A DNA stretch of 64,000 bases from Paragordius varius (lineage: Eukaryota > Animalia > Nematomorpha). This document shows, one piece after another, positions 51,201-64,000 of the stretch (its first letter is position 1; every line of letters begins with the position of its first letter). The notes below the pieces were generated by a model. The model was not told the DNA's origin. It searched no databases and saw only the letters and a list, made by a program, of their open reading frames with translations. A program made the position numbers and the translations under genes. The stretch spans positions 6,138,001 through 6,202,000 of the forward strand of contig OZ176052.1 in NCBI GenBank assembly GCA_964247055.1, written 5' to 3'.

Positions 51201-54200
51201 TATGCATAAATTTTAAAAACATAATAATCATAAGATACCCAACACCAAATAGCCTCTCTGGAATTATATCAAAAGTTTTCTTAATATCTATTAAAGCATT
51301 TTACAAATATTTTTCTAACTACTAATTTTTTAATCGCCTCTCATTAGCTTCAAATAAATCCATAGTATGTGGCAAAATGTTTTATGATTGCAATCTTATA
51401 TGCTGGATATAAACAGGGTAAAGATAGCTCGGATTTCTGATGGTTTTGTATCCAGGGATAGGTAATACAAGGATTAGTTCTTAGCCCAATGTGTATTCAT
51501 TGTATGAATGATCCAAGTGGGGAAGGTTGGACTTTTATGCATGTTTTATATGTGAAATGGATTTACTGAAACAAGAGGTTAACTGCTGATAAATCGCCAA
51601 ATTAGGTGTTAAGGGTAAACAAAAGTAAAACAGAGTTTATGACTTTCGGTATATATTCAACGCATCTTGATTTAGGAGAGATTGGAATTTTGAAAAATAA
51701 AAATTGTCGATATTTTATGTGGTGTGAGCGCTGATAGCATAACAAACGATAATGTAGCGGTTTGATAGAGAAAAAGCTCTATAGTTTGTAACAAGATTAT
51801 TGAGCTAAGATGGGAAGTTAATATTTTATACTGCTATTTAAACTATGATGTCTAACCCACAAAGGGCTAAAAAGGATTTGAAGAAATTATGGAATTATCA
51901 AGATGAAACGCCTAGAATAAGTAGAATTACGAGAAGAGGCAGCTCAAAAGTGGGATATAACGTGAGAAAGTAATTGTACAAAGCGAGACAGTCTGGTCAT
52001 ATTCAAGTGATGAGGATTATTTAGTAAAAAATCGATACGTTTGAAGGCGAGGATAACAGGGAAGACGACCAAACGTGCTATGATATATTAAAGAAAGATT
52101 TAAAATAACTGGAGTTAAAAGTTGAGGATTCTCAAAATAAAAAGTTTTGGAGAACAAGATTGAGTAAAAACGACTGAAGGAGTGATAGTATATTATAAAT
52201 AGGGTGTTATACACGGGGTCAAATATGAAGATATTCGTTACTTCTATGTTTAACATCTCATATTTTATGTTGGTTTTATAGCCCACAGCGATTTTAAATA
52301 TAAATAAAAAATGCTGATGAATTGGTCAATTTAAAAACATGTATTCTATGGCCTTTTAGGCGCATTATAAATAATATAACCTTTAAAATATGTAAAATCA
52401 TATAAAATCTTCATCCCAAACTTTTAGCAGCCAATTGGTTATTTTGAAGTTTCTTGTCGTGCAACCAGTATATATTATAAAAATAAAATTACATTAAAAT
52501 GCTTTGGTAATATTTTGACATCAAATTATCGGTAATTATTTAAAATCAACTGTTTTTAATTAAAGATTGCTATCTAAATTTATACACTAAACCTAAAAAA
52601 GAAAAATTACAAACTTTTTTAGCTAATATATAAATATAATGTTTGATAGCAATCAACTTTCATAGTTTTACAATTTAAAGCTCTGTTATAAAAAAACAGC
52701 CCTAGATGAATCCGTCTTCCAGAAAAAAGGCAAATGTCATAGATTCAAATGTAAAAGATCTAAAGAAAAGCTTTATAGTTAAATGAGAGCCTTTTAGTTT
52801 ATTACGGCTCGCTAAATATTAGACAAATCTATCTTTACATCATACATGTTTTATGCCATATATTTTTTAAATTTTATGTATTTGCAATGTACGTTGGGAA
52901 ATATACAATTTGCACTTCAAAAAAACCCTTAAACTCTTCAAGTTGGTCCTTGAACATTTCAAGTTGGTCCTTGAACATTTCATGTTGGTCCTTGAACACT
53001 TCAAGTAATCGTAATCATTCATCTATTTTATCGTTTTTAACATATTTCCTATTATTTAACATAAATTTTATATCAATATCAACTTTTAATCATTGAGAAA
53101 CCGTATATCAATATTAATTTCTTAAAATAATTTTAGATATTCATAAAATTTTAATGCCTAATTAAATAATATATATGTTTTCTGGGTTATTATTTACTTT
53201 AAATTAAAAACATTTAAAAGTTAATAATTTTGTTAAATTGGAAAAAAATTAGTTTGAAACAAAAAAATGATTTTTGAATAAAATTTTTACTTTAAATGAA
53301 TAAATAATAATAAATAAAAGAAATTAGGTTAAAAATATTAAATTAAAAAACATGCAAAAATTATGTTCAAATAAAAATTTATAAGTTTTAAGGACAAACT
53401 TGAAGTGTTCAAGGACCAACTTGAAGTGTTCAAGGACCAACTTGAAATGTTCAAGGACACTCTCGAAGTGCAAATGGTATACTAAAAGTTAAATTACAAA
53501 ATCTATAAAATAAAATTATACCATGATGGGCTCGTCCGCTCATCATCCCCAAATAATAATCATTTCCACCAAGAGGAAAAACCCTAGGATCGCGAAGAGA
53601 TCCTTCAATAGTTTTACTAAATCTACAACGGATTCTGTCACCCAAAAGCGTGCCACTAGTATTAGTTAAACAATCTTTCTCCTAAATTTATTTTATGTTA
53701 AATATAGTTTACAGCTTTAAAATAGTTTTGTATAATAAACGGTTAATTCCGTGTAATTATTTATTACACAATAAAAAAAGAACTAAACATTAAACAGAAT
53801 AGGTAAAGATTAAAGGTATGACGAGTTATATCTTAGGAACTTAAGTATCAAAAATTGTCCTGTTTTAAATCTAAATTTTAATGGTTTTATATGAAATAAA
53901 AGAAATAATTTACTATAATGCATTAATTTATGTATAAAGAAAATATGTTAGGTATTTGAAAAATGCATTATCCCAAAACGAGCTTAAATAAATCAATTTA
54001 TTTATAAACAAACACACTACGTAAGTCCATAAATCAAATTTTATTAGAAATCAAACTATTTTGCCGTCACGTAAAAACGGCCATTAACCAATTTTATTAT
54101 AGATTTTTTAAAAATGAAATCCCTAACAAATATTTAATAAATTTTATCGTAAATATTATACCGCTTCCGGTAATTGTTCCATAACATTCGCCTCGGGTGG

Positions 54201-57089
54201 AATGTAATAATTTGAGACAAAAACTTGTCCGGTCATGCTATTATACACACAAAGAACTAAGTTTGCATCTTGCTAAAAACAACACAGGAACAAAAAATTA
54301 TATATACATATATATATCAAATGTAATTAGAGGCCTTAATTATTATTATAGCATAAGTCTAATATCTAAGAGAAATCAGAAATTTACAATAAATTGGAAG
54401 ACAATATTGCTTTAACATTAAACCAGTACAAAACAATGTTGATCGCTAATTATTTTGTATAATCAAAAATTGTTTCATAATTAGAAAATTTAAATTGAAT
54501 TTTAGAGCATGAAATTTCGTTTACCACTACTTGTAAACTTCGTCAAACATAGAAAAATAGTCATACAGTAAAAATGAAAATTACAGACAAAATTTATAAT
54601 TATAAGAAAAATATTTTTAAAAAAGACACCCATACTATTTTAAACCTTCACTTTTCCCATATAAACTATTTAATGACTATTTCGATAATTGAGAGTATTT
54701 ACGACGATTAACATCTCTATCTACTCTTCAACCCTATTAAAAATCAGGTTTAAGAAAGTATGGTTTGTTTTTTCTAAAAAATATTTGTTATTTAGTTGTT
54801 ACGTTTTCCCTCTGTAATTCATTTACTGTAATGTCAAAAATTTGTTATATATACCATTGTATTTGATTTTGAAAAAGCTGCACCACCCCATGCATTGTTG
54901 GAATCAACTTTGCTCATGAGTTCAAAATCGATTTGGTGATGAGGATATTGTCGCGATGGTTTATACGTTAAAATTTTGTCACACGAATCCTCGGTTTGAC
55001 ACCCGGCTGGGGATCGAAAACAAGATTTGGTGTAACCGCATTCTGGGCCCACGACTATGGGTGGAACGCTGGCTGATAAATCTGGTGGCTATTAAAATTA
55101 TATAAATATATGGTACGTAAAAAAAAGATGTTTTGAAATCACAAATAAAAAGTAACATAGAGAGGGGTAATGAATGTAGTCCAGCCTACCGTATGCAGAT
55201 TGAATGGGGTATTATTTTATGATCAATGACCCATAATTAAATTTAAATATGGATTGATGTTATCACATAAGCGGATGTTAGTAAAATTTTAATTAATGAG
55301 CAAGGGGTAATAATGTGGCTTAAATGGACATTTCACCATAAAAAACGATTAAAAAGCACTCTTAGGTTGGGATAGAGACGTCCAAAAGCTGAACGTCCCA
55401 AATTAACCTAGGATTAAAACCAATCGGATTTGTACGGCTTTGCGTCTATTTATTACAATATGGCACACTCCAAAAATATTGTTTATCAAAAAGTAACATT
55501 TCATACCGATAATAGTTGGTGATATATCAGATTGAAACAATCCAATTTAAAAATTATTTCTTAATATTAGCTGACCTTAAAGCTTAGCATAACAGACAAA
55601 CAAAATATCTGCCTAATATTATAAAAACGTAAATTTTCGCGTTTGGCATTTAGAACGGTCATAATATAAAATTATCGTTTGCTATTTTCATCACAATATG
55701 TAATATTTCAAGGTTAAACATTTAATTTTTATTTTTGCATGTAAAATTTATGAATAAAAAATGCAAGTTACAGTGATTTATAATTTTTTATGGATGAAAA
55801 AATAATAAACGGTATGTCTGGTTATCAATGCAGTATTTTGAAGTCATAACCAGTCATTTACCACAATCGGATTATTATTTTTACTATACTAAACACTGAG
55901 CTTTTTAAAATGAATAGAACCTCTTACATCTCTGCGATAATTTAATCGTTAAATATTTGAAGTTATAACTCTTTAAAATTGATAGTACCTTCCACATACT
56001 AAATAGTTTGTGGGTGTTTCAAAGAGCCAAAAATATGAATGCTAACAATTTTTTAAATTTAAAATTCAGAAATTATGATGCGGATCATGAGCTTGTAATT
56101 TCCCAACAATGGGATCATTATGGTGTGGTCACCAATATAAGAAATCAACTAATATAATTGCTTTATAGTATTAAAATCTTATAATGGCAAAAAAATAAAA
56201 ATGATAAAATTTAAATTTTATACTGTCATTATATATTTAGTGCATATCGAGTAAAAAGTTTGACTGTAATAGGTGGTCACATTCATAGTCATCATATCTG
56301 CATTTATAACATCATACCTAACATATCAATTCTTAAATCTATGAATAGTTTATTGGTAAATTTTTGTAAAACTCATTTTAAAATCATTTATCTGGCAAGA
56401 ATAATAGGATTTTAATAATAGAGATACCCAGATAAAAATTGAATATTTTCACGTAATAGAGATATATCGATAATTTACATTCATATTCATTAATCTAACT
56501 TTAATCAAATTATTATTCATAAAAAATAATAAAATGCATATAGTAGCGTTTGTATATTGTTATTGAAAAATAATCTCAATACATGATTAAGATTAATGGA
56601 AAAATTTTATTTGAAAGGAAAAAATAAAAACCATAGAATATATTAAAATATATATGTAAAGAAATGGAACGATGGTTGGATATAAAAAATTACATTATAT
56701 AATAGATAATAAAGATTTTATCTCAATATTCGTATAGAAACATTTTAGTTTAAATTTAAAATACAGGCGTTGTCTTTATATCTTGATTATTATAAATATT
56801 TAATTGGTTTTATTTATAATTTCGACACGAGTTTACGATTATTACCAAATTATTAAGGATAAAGGGTAGATAGCATAAGCCTAAAATTTTATCTAATTAA
56901 ATAAAGCAAAAGGCTTATTAAAATTAGTATATGAATGATGATTCCGCAAAAAATATTAATTCTTTAAGTACTGATGTTTTAAAATAATACCTTTGGAGTA
57001 ACTATATCTTCTTGAGCATTCGAATAGATTATTATGGAGATCGCAAAAAATGTGTAATAAAACAGCCGTCCCATCTGAACCCTTAACAT
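48292..57089 (-). CDS. Signal peptide + DOMON + cytochrome b561/ferric-chelate-reductase-like membrane protein (FRRS1/SDR2-like, no Reeler domain seen), about 464 aa
   Basis: Exons 57089-56991 (signal peptide MLRVQMGRLFYYTFFAISIIIYSNAQ), 55088-54855 (CGYTKSCFRSPAGC...AAFSKSNTM), 54272-54162, 53681-53522 (IRCRFSK), 50299-50183 (IMTHEAIP...YKWH), 49812-49697 (LFLIAW...VSRYYR), 49588-49502 (WHR), 49380-49312, 49136-49037, 48949-48797, 48566-48511 and 48384-48292 (GTPFKMAML...AVA*) total 1395 nt, in frame. Confidence 0.82.
50674..51202. mobile_element. Related TA-flanked MITE (different 21-bp unit)
   Basis: ta|TACCATTT ... GTGGTA|tg. Subterminal units GCAACATTTTTTC(G/A)AGCAAA and their inverse AAAAAATGTTGCGTTT(G/A). 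Confidence 0.6.
51340..52200 (+). mobile_element. Heavily decayed non-LTR retrotransposon (RTE-like RT) relic
   Basis: Broken frames give VIQGLVLSP (RT 'GVPQGSVLSP'-like), VNKSKTEFMTFG and a G-R-RP...KKDL-like C-terminal segment; many stops. Confidence 0.55.
52904..53479. mobile_element. TA-flanked MITE with 21-bp subterminal tandem repeats
   Basis: ta|TACAATTTGCACTTC ... GAAGTGCAAATGGTA|ta. About three units of TTCAAGTTGGTCCTTGAACAT on each side, in inverted orientation. Confidence 0.8.
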
Positions 57090-59156
57090 ATGATATATTT
57101 TTATAACACTAGTTGTGAAAACATTTATTTATAGCATATGCGAAATATATTCTAAATATTTAGGCATACCCAGTATTTATTGATTAAAATAATTAATAAT
57201 GCTATTTAATTATTAACGCTTTATTACAGATAAAAATATAGAACATTGGAGAGCCAAATGATAAATACCTTTAAACTTTTGTTCAAATTCAAATAAATTG
57301 ATATTATAAAAAAATCTCTTTACATATTAAGATTACTAAAATAAAAAAATTAATTACTTTATCAAAATTGTGGAAGTTAATTACACAACTAATTGATAAT
57401 CTCTAACTTCGTTACCTTTATATTTTTATACCGATTACATTATGGGTTAGTTTTGTACCCCAGACTTTAAACTTTTAAAACCGTTTTAAAACTTTTGTAT
57501 AGAAATTATCTAATATTGTTTAAGTTCTGAAACACGAAAACCGATTGAAATTAAATCATGTGTTCAAAATCAAATATTAAGAATTTGCTGTTTAAAAATA
57601 ATTCAAATGTTTAGAGTTAATTACATCTCAATGCCTGCTTTAGTAGACAGTTCCTAAAAATGTCATTATAAAATATGTATTCTAATGAAATATATATTCC
57701 AATATATCAACATTTTCGTGGTGCTTTTGGTTTTTGGGCCTATGACTGATGCAAGAAAATGAATTGAATTATTGTGGTAATTGTTCGATATCGAAAATCG
57801 CCAAATTAGCGCACATCAAACTGCGGTTATTGAGGGGTTTTCAAATATCCTGATGTATAATCTGATAGATAAATATCTCAGGATCCATAAGATCCAATTT
57901 TGGTTATTATAAATGATTTAAGAAAGTTTTTTAACTTTTGTGGTAACTGAACCATGTCAGAAAATAAAAAATTGCGCATTTTAAGTACAATTTTTTGTGA
58001 AGGCTAAATGTTTTATTCCGAAAAATATCATCATATTATATATGATTACATATAAAACGCAAAATAATTATCTAAGAAATTTTAAATTATAGCTGTTGGC
58101 TCCATATAAATTTTTGAACCCGTCTTAAATGTACTAGTTCTCTAACACAGTGCGCACAAAAAAATAAACAAACATGATTTTATCTAGAATAATAAGAAAT
58201 CCCTTGGAAAAGACCCCAAAAATTTTGGGGCAAAAATGCGCCCTAAAATGGAAATATTCCATTTTTTCATTTTTGACTAGAAATAAACTTTTGTCCATAT
58301 TTTTAAAACTTATTGAGCAAACATGATAAAACTTTTATATATTATATAAAACCTAATATATTCTTAAGAAAAATACATAAAATTATTTTAAAGTATCAAT
58401 AATTTTTTTTATTCCACAAAAATAGAAATTCGTAAATTTTATGATATTGTCCAAATATATCATAAAAAAATTATTTGTAAGAACTCCATATTGTTTTTAT
58501 TATTTAAGTTTAAGACTTATATATAACATACCAAAGAGTTGGTATATATAATAAAGGCTATGTATCTTTTTAAGTCCCTCAAAAAATTTGTATTTTTTGA
58601 AAAATTTTCGCGATTTTTGTTGCATTTTCCTCACATGCTTCTCACTGTTTCATAAATACAGTATCCAGGTATCAGTAATCCGCAATTTTTAATGCGAATA
58701 CTGAAAAAACCAATAAAACTTCAAGATTATGAAATTCCCATTACATTACTTTGGATAAATGTTTATATACTATTTAATCTATAGATAATAAATTTAATTA
58801 AAGACCTCTTGATATACAGAAAGCAGCATCGGAAATATAAATAGTTTTTTTTGCTATATACATAAGGTGACCAGACGTCCCGCTTTTGGCGGGACAGTCC
58901 CGCTTTTTCACACTTTGTCCCGCCTCCCGCTACGTTTATAAGATGTCCCGCTTTTTCCATGATTATATAAAAAAAAATTTTTTTTAATACAAATAATTTT
59001 TTTTTAATACAAATAAATTTTTTTTATTTTAAATTAAAATTTTTTATTTTTAAATTAAAAATATTTATTTTTTTCCAATTTATATCATATAATTATACAC
59101 TTTCCTTCCTGCTACTACTGTCATTAATATCAAAAAGCCAAGTTATTCTAGATCAA

Positions 59157-59390
59157 AAGACAAATTGATACCATAAATCGATACCTTACACGCTTTTTCC
59201 AGAAAATTAAGGTAATATAACATTTATTATACTAATATTTAGTTTTAATACTTGCCAACATTATAAAAAATTTAAATTAATACTACAAATCGGTAGCTTA
59301 AAAGACAAATTGATACTACAAATCGATACCTTACACGCTTTTTCCAGAAATTAAGGTAATATAACATTTATTATACTAATATTTAGTTTA
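59157..59390 (+). repeat. About 90-bp direct duplication in the hAT 5' subterminal region
   Basis: aaagacaaattgatac...aaatcgataccttacacgctttttccagaaa...ttaaggtaatataacatttattatactaatatttagttt occurs near 59157 and 59302. Confidence 0.8.
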
Positions 59391-59395
59391 TAAAT

Positions 59396-61261
59396 ATGAA
59401 CACAAAAAGAGGCTGTAAATTCAATGATGAATTAATGAAAGATTTTCCTTTCATTAAAAAAACGAAGAATGAATCGTCTGTTAAATGTCTTATATGCGAT
59501 GGGGAATTCACCCTGGCACATGGCGGCAAACATGACATTACAAAGCATATTGATACACACAAACATCAAAAATGTTTAATTATAACGGCATCATCTCACA
59601 AGATGAGCGATTTTTTTCGAAAAACCGCTTTTGGAGAGGAAGAAAGGAATTTAGCACTTGCTGAGGGCCTGTTTTCCTTTCACGCCTTAAATCATTGCCA
59701 TTCATTTCGTTCAATGGATTGTACCTCACAGGTTATTCGCACGTTATTCAATAAAAAATTTTCATGTGCCCGTACAAAGGCTGAAGCCATTGTATGCAAG
59801 GTTTTTTCGCCACATGCTTTTTCTGAAATACAAAAAGATTTGCTAAAAATTATTTTCTTTTCCCTATACTCTGATGCTTCAAATCACCATGAAACAAAAT
59901 TATTTCCTACTTTGATAAGATATTTTGATTCAGAAACCGGAGTAAAAATTAAAATTTTAGATTTAATTTCCCTACCCGGTGAAAATTCTGAAATAATATT
60001 TACTTCAATAATGCATATTCTAGAAAAAAATAATTTAAAAGACAAAATTATCGCATATTGCGCTGACAACACCAATACGAACTTTGGTGGAAAAGCAAGG
60101 AGGGGAACAAAAAATATTTTTCATAAATTAACAGATAATCTTAATCAAAACATTATTGGCGTAGGGTGTGCAGCGCATATAATACACAACGCTATTCAAA
60201 CAGCTGCAGATTTGTTACCCTTAGATGTGGAAAATGTAGTTGTTAAAATATATTCCCATTTTTATATATACACGGTACGTGTTGAAACGCTTAAAGAATT
60301 CTGTGAAAATGCAGAAGTGCAATATCAAAAAATGCTTGGATATAGTAAAACTCGTTGGTTAGCTTTTATGCCAGCTATCGAAAGAATTTTAAAAATGTAT
60401 GATCCTTTAAAATCTTTTTTTTATCACAGGATAAATGTCCTACAACTTTAAAAAAAATTTTTGAAAGTGATTCTTCAAAAATATGGTTAGAATTCTTACA
60501 TAATCAAGCTTCTCTCTTTCAAAATGTTATTAAATTTATTGAAGGTGACAAAATTTCGGCAGTCGAAGTAGCCAATGAAGTTAGTAACCTGAAATTCCAA
60601 TAGAACGGTTAGAAAATAGATTTATTCCATTAACCATCCGCAATACAATAAATAATTAGAAAAACAAGGCTTAATAAATCGCCAAGATATCCTGTACCAT
60701 ATAAAAATGTTTTATACAAACTGTAAAGATTATTTGGAAGACTGGACGACGCAATTCAATGAAATTGATCATTTTCATTGGATAACATTAAAATCAGAAT
60801 TTAATTGGTGCGATGTTCAAAAATCATAAGATTATATCTGCTCCCAAAAATTTTCAAAAATTGATCTTTCAGAAAATGATCTTTTTTCTGAGTATCATTA
60901 GTTAAAAGATATATTAATAATGAAAAACTTAAATTATGGACAAAAATATATAGTAGAAAAGAAATGGTTGGAAATATTTCATCATTTTGAAGCCAACTAT
61001 ATTACATACAATAATATTTTAAAAATTGTGGAATTCGCACTATCTTTACCTGGAACCAACGCTGCTACTGAGCGCGTTTTTTCCACAGTAAATCAGGTGT
61101 GGACATCGGAAAAATCAAATTTAAATGTTGAAACTTTGAAGGCCGTTTTATCTGTCAAATATAATTTGACAAATTCTTGTGAAGACTTCTACAATATTTT
61201 AAAAAATGATGACAATCTGCTAAAACGCATTCATTCAAACCAAAAATATACCAAAGAATAA
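59396..61261 (+). pseudogene. Frameshifted hAT transposase
   Basis: Zinc finger (CLIC...HGGKHDITKHIDTHKH), YSDASNH, CADNTNTNFG, GCAAHIIHN, KTRWL and the C-terminal dimerisation motif LPGTNAATERVFS. The frame breaks near 60420, 60600, 60655 and 60830-60915. Confidence 0.88.
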
Positions 61262-64000
61262 ATTTCTTTAAAGTTTTTGTGTTAAAAAACATAATTACCT
61301 AAAATATTGTATAAGTCTTCATAATTTGTCAAATTATATTTGAACACATAAAATGGCTTTTATTCAACATTTAAATTTGATTCCGTGTCCTAACTTAATT
61401 TACTGTGGAAAAACGCGTTCAATAGCAGTGGTTCAGGTAAAGATAATGCAAATTCTACAATTAAAATATTATTGTATGGAACATAATTTTTTTAAAAATG
61501 ATTATTTTAACCTATCCTATCCTACGTATTTTTTCTGTTGTTTATAATATAAGCTTTCATTCAATATATTTATTTAATAATGAGACTTCATTAAAAAGTG
61601 TCATTGTGCACCGTTTTGTCTTCCAAATAATCGTTTCTGTTTGTATAAAACATTTTTATATTCTGGCTATTCATTGAGCCTTGTTTTTCTGGATGCTTTA
61701 TGATATTGCGATTAAGTAATGGTATAAAATTATTTTCTAATTTTGACCTTTGTCCTGTGATAAAAATTAGGAATCTAGGAGATCATATTTTTATAAATAT
61801 TTCAATTGCTGGCAAAAGAGTTAACCAACAGTTCTGCAATATCCAAGCATTTTAACATCTATATTTTCCACATCCAGGGGTAACAAATCAGTAGCTGTTT
61901 GAATAGCGTTGTGTATCTGCCAATAATGTTGTGATTAACATTCTTCGCTAAATTGTTAAAAATATTTTTTGTGCCGCTTCTTGCATGACCCAGCGCACTT
62001 TGTGATGATTTCGTCTTTATTATTTTTTTCTAGAATATTACAATCACTTACCCTTTGTTCGTGCACATGTAAATTTATTGAATAAGGTACAAACAACCTG
62101 TGAGGTACAAATTTTTTTATATTTATAATCTATTTGTGTTAAAAATAAATAAATATTACAATAAATCCCCCAATGACCCCCCCCCTCAGATTTGTCCCGC
62201 TTTTTCCTTCAAAAAATCTGGTCACCTTATATACACTATATTTAGCTTTTTAAGTAAAATTCTATTTGTATTCACGTATATTTTCTTCATATAATTTTAG
62301 TAAAATAGAATTTTCCTTGCAACAAATTATTCTGACATTTGTAAATAATCTACTTCCAGAAACTCTATTGCCAAATTATTTTGGGGCGCATTTTTGCCCC
62401 AAAATTTTTGGGGTCTCCTTTTCCAAGGGATTTTTTATTATTCTAGATAAAAATCATGTTTGTTTATTTTACCCCCCTTTTTTGCGCAGTGTTATATATA
62501 AAAGCAAAAATGCCGAGATTGCGCGATAAATTTTTTATTATATGGTAAATATTGACATCAATGAAGTTTTTTGATGTCAAAATAAATATTTTTTTAGAAA
62601 TTAGATGAAGCGTCTTCTATTTTGAAGCATGATGGAGACGGTCTAAAAACCATTTATATTATAAAAAAAACCTTTTTTTATAATTCGATGATGCCGAACA
62701 TTTATATCGCCTTTTGTTAAAATATTTTTTCGTCTTTAAATTGATGTTAAAAATGAATTGTTGTTTTACATAAGTACGCCCAAATTTAAAAGCAAATGGA
62801 AATTTAAATTTTTTGAGGTGATAGGAATGTTTATGAACTTATTATATAGAAAAGTTTTTAAATAATATCTTAAGCCGTATTTATACTTTTTCCAGCAGGC
62901 TAAATTATATAAAGTATACTTTACTCAATGTTTGCTACAAATTAAATTATTTTAGCAAAATATACATTTTTATTGATGCCAAATTTAGCATAAATTTTAA
63001 TATTTTACTGCTCTATCTCAGCATTATCGCGTTTATTTAAAGAGAGCTGTCTGTTTTAGAAGTGCAAAAGAAACTAAGGAGCATACATCTAACATCTTAC
63101 AAAAATATAGTTTTGAATGTTCTTATAAAAAATATATTGCACATGCGCTCAAGATTGTAACGGTTTCTTTTATGTTACTTTCCTTTGTCTATTATATCAA
63201 TTTATAAGCATTGATTTGTCTCACATTTAATTTCATTTTATATTTTTTTCTTGGTTATACTTTATTTTAAGTTTTTTCTTTTAACAACTCCTGATGATGC
63301 CATTGCGCGAAAATTTGAGTCTATAATAAATTTATTTTTATTTTCTTTCATTATTCACACGACGTTAACACACGAATCTTATTTAACAACACTTCGTCGT
63401 CACCCACTCAATTTATACTAATTCCCAATGTTTTTTAAAATTAAGCATTTAGCTTTCACCAAAAAGTTTATTCGGCAAAATGTGAAATTTTGCTTGATAT
63501 TCAGTTACCACCAAAGTGTATATAACTTTCTTATATCACTCGTAATAAAAACAAAAGCACCATGATAATACTGATGCATTTTCTTATCCTATATATTTCA
63601 TCAGGATATTTTTTGGACACTGTGTTATGTTTGATAAAATATTTTTGGTAAATGCTGAATGCTTTATTCCATAATATATCATTATATGATATACCATAAT
63701 TTAAATGATCAATATTTTAATTAAGAATTTTTAGTTTTGGGCTCCGAGATTCCCAAATTTTCTAACCCTCCTAAAGGGTCTAGTTTTAAAAGAAACGCAA
63801 AAATGCCGAGATTTCAAAATAATTTTTTAAATATATGCTAGATCAAGGATGTTTAACATGCGGCCCTCCAAATTTTTACGAACCGAGATAAATTTAAAAA
63901 AACAATTATTCAACATTTTATATAATTTTAATATATACCACAAATAAATGATAGATATAATATCATTTACATTACAACATTTGATAATAATTTATTTAGA

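Larger units (their letters stand above)
58863..62229 (+). mobile_element. hAT (Tip100-like ends) DNA transposon
   Basis: TIR TAAGGTGACCAGA.../...TCTGGTCACCTTA; subterminal GTCCCGC repeats at both ends. Flanks tatataca and tatacact share TATACA, possibly an 8-bp TSD with one TA unit lost. Confidence 0.9.
58146..62491. mobile_element. Family D inverted-repeat element enclosing the hAT at 58863
   Basis: 58146-58250 (cacagtgcgc...cccttggaaaagaccccaaaaattttggggcaaaaatgcgccc) is the reverse complement of about 62380-62491 (...tttttgcgcagtg). Flanks are taa and tta. Confidence 0.7.

Noticed and set aside
52930-53460. CRISPR-like array of 21-bp repeats
   Set aside because: The units are head-to-tail without spacers, occur as two inverted blocks inside a TA-flanked MITE, and the DNA is eukaryotic.
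56060-56150. Papain-like fragment (QQWDHYGVVTNIRNQ)
   Set aside because: It is a short match followed by a stop, with no CGSCWAF or other catalytic exon nearby; may be chance or an unrecognisable relic.
55100-56980. Reeler-domain exons expected for canonical FRRS1
   Set aside because: None were found by eye, and the signal-peptide exon joins the DOMON exon in phase 0. A skipped or divergent exon cannot be fully excluded.
17800-63000. Most 60-100-aa ORFs in the supplied track (e.g. 17800, 20132, 23119, 27099, 30285, 34600, 46186, 52887, 62266)
   Set aside because: They are I/K/N/F/L-rich readings of AT-rich intronic DNA, MITEs or antisense strands of real exons, with no recognisable motifs.

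Overview
Very AT-rich, intron-containing animal (invertebrate-type) genomic DNA. I reconstructed five protein-coding genes by hand from GT-AG junctions, with reading-frame bookkeeping. (1) A latrophilin-like adhesion GPCR (+, at least 20 exons, 4060-17787; EGF/C-type lectin/RBL/C-type lectin/HRM/GAIN/7TM; 5' end not found). (2) A PRXamide/neuromedin-U-type neuropeptide GPCR (-, 3 exons, 28678-18274) with an ICL3 of about 420 aa. (3) A BLM RecQ helicase (+, one 2.96-kb exon ending at 39256). (4) The spliceosomal factor SMU1 (-, 11 exons, 44062-39402). (5) A DOMON plus cytochrome b561 (FRRS1-like) protein (-, 12 exons, 57089-48292). Introns and intergenic DNA are packed with DNA transposons: two decayed hAT elements, a TTAA-flanked piggyBac-like MITE family (7 copies), CAC...GTG elements with 3-bp TWA target duplications, TA-flanked MITEs, an RTE-like LINE relic and tRNA-derived SINE relics. 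The main oddities are: 23-nt and 25-nt introns, plus a GC-rich 30-nt candidate decoy intron, inside SMU1, the factor needed to splice short introns; a three-exon C-type lectin cassette inserted into the middle of an EGF domain; a hAT element carrying an antisense relic of its own transposase (hairpin, 'killer'-type structure); and a cytochrome b561 that has lost two of its four heme histidines. All gene models are manual predictions without expression data.
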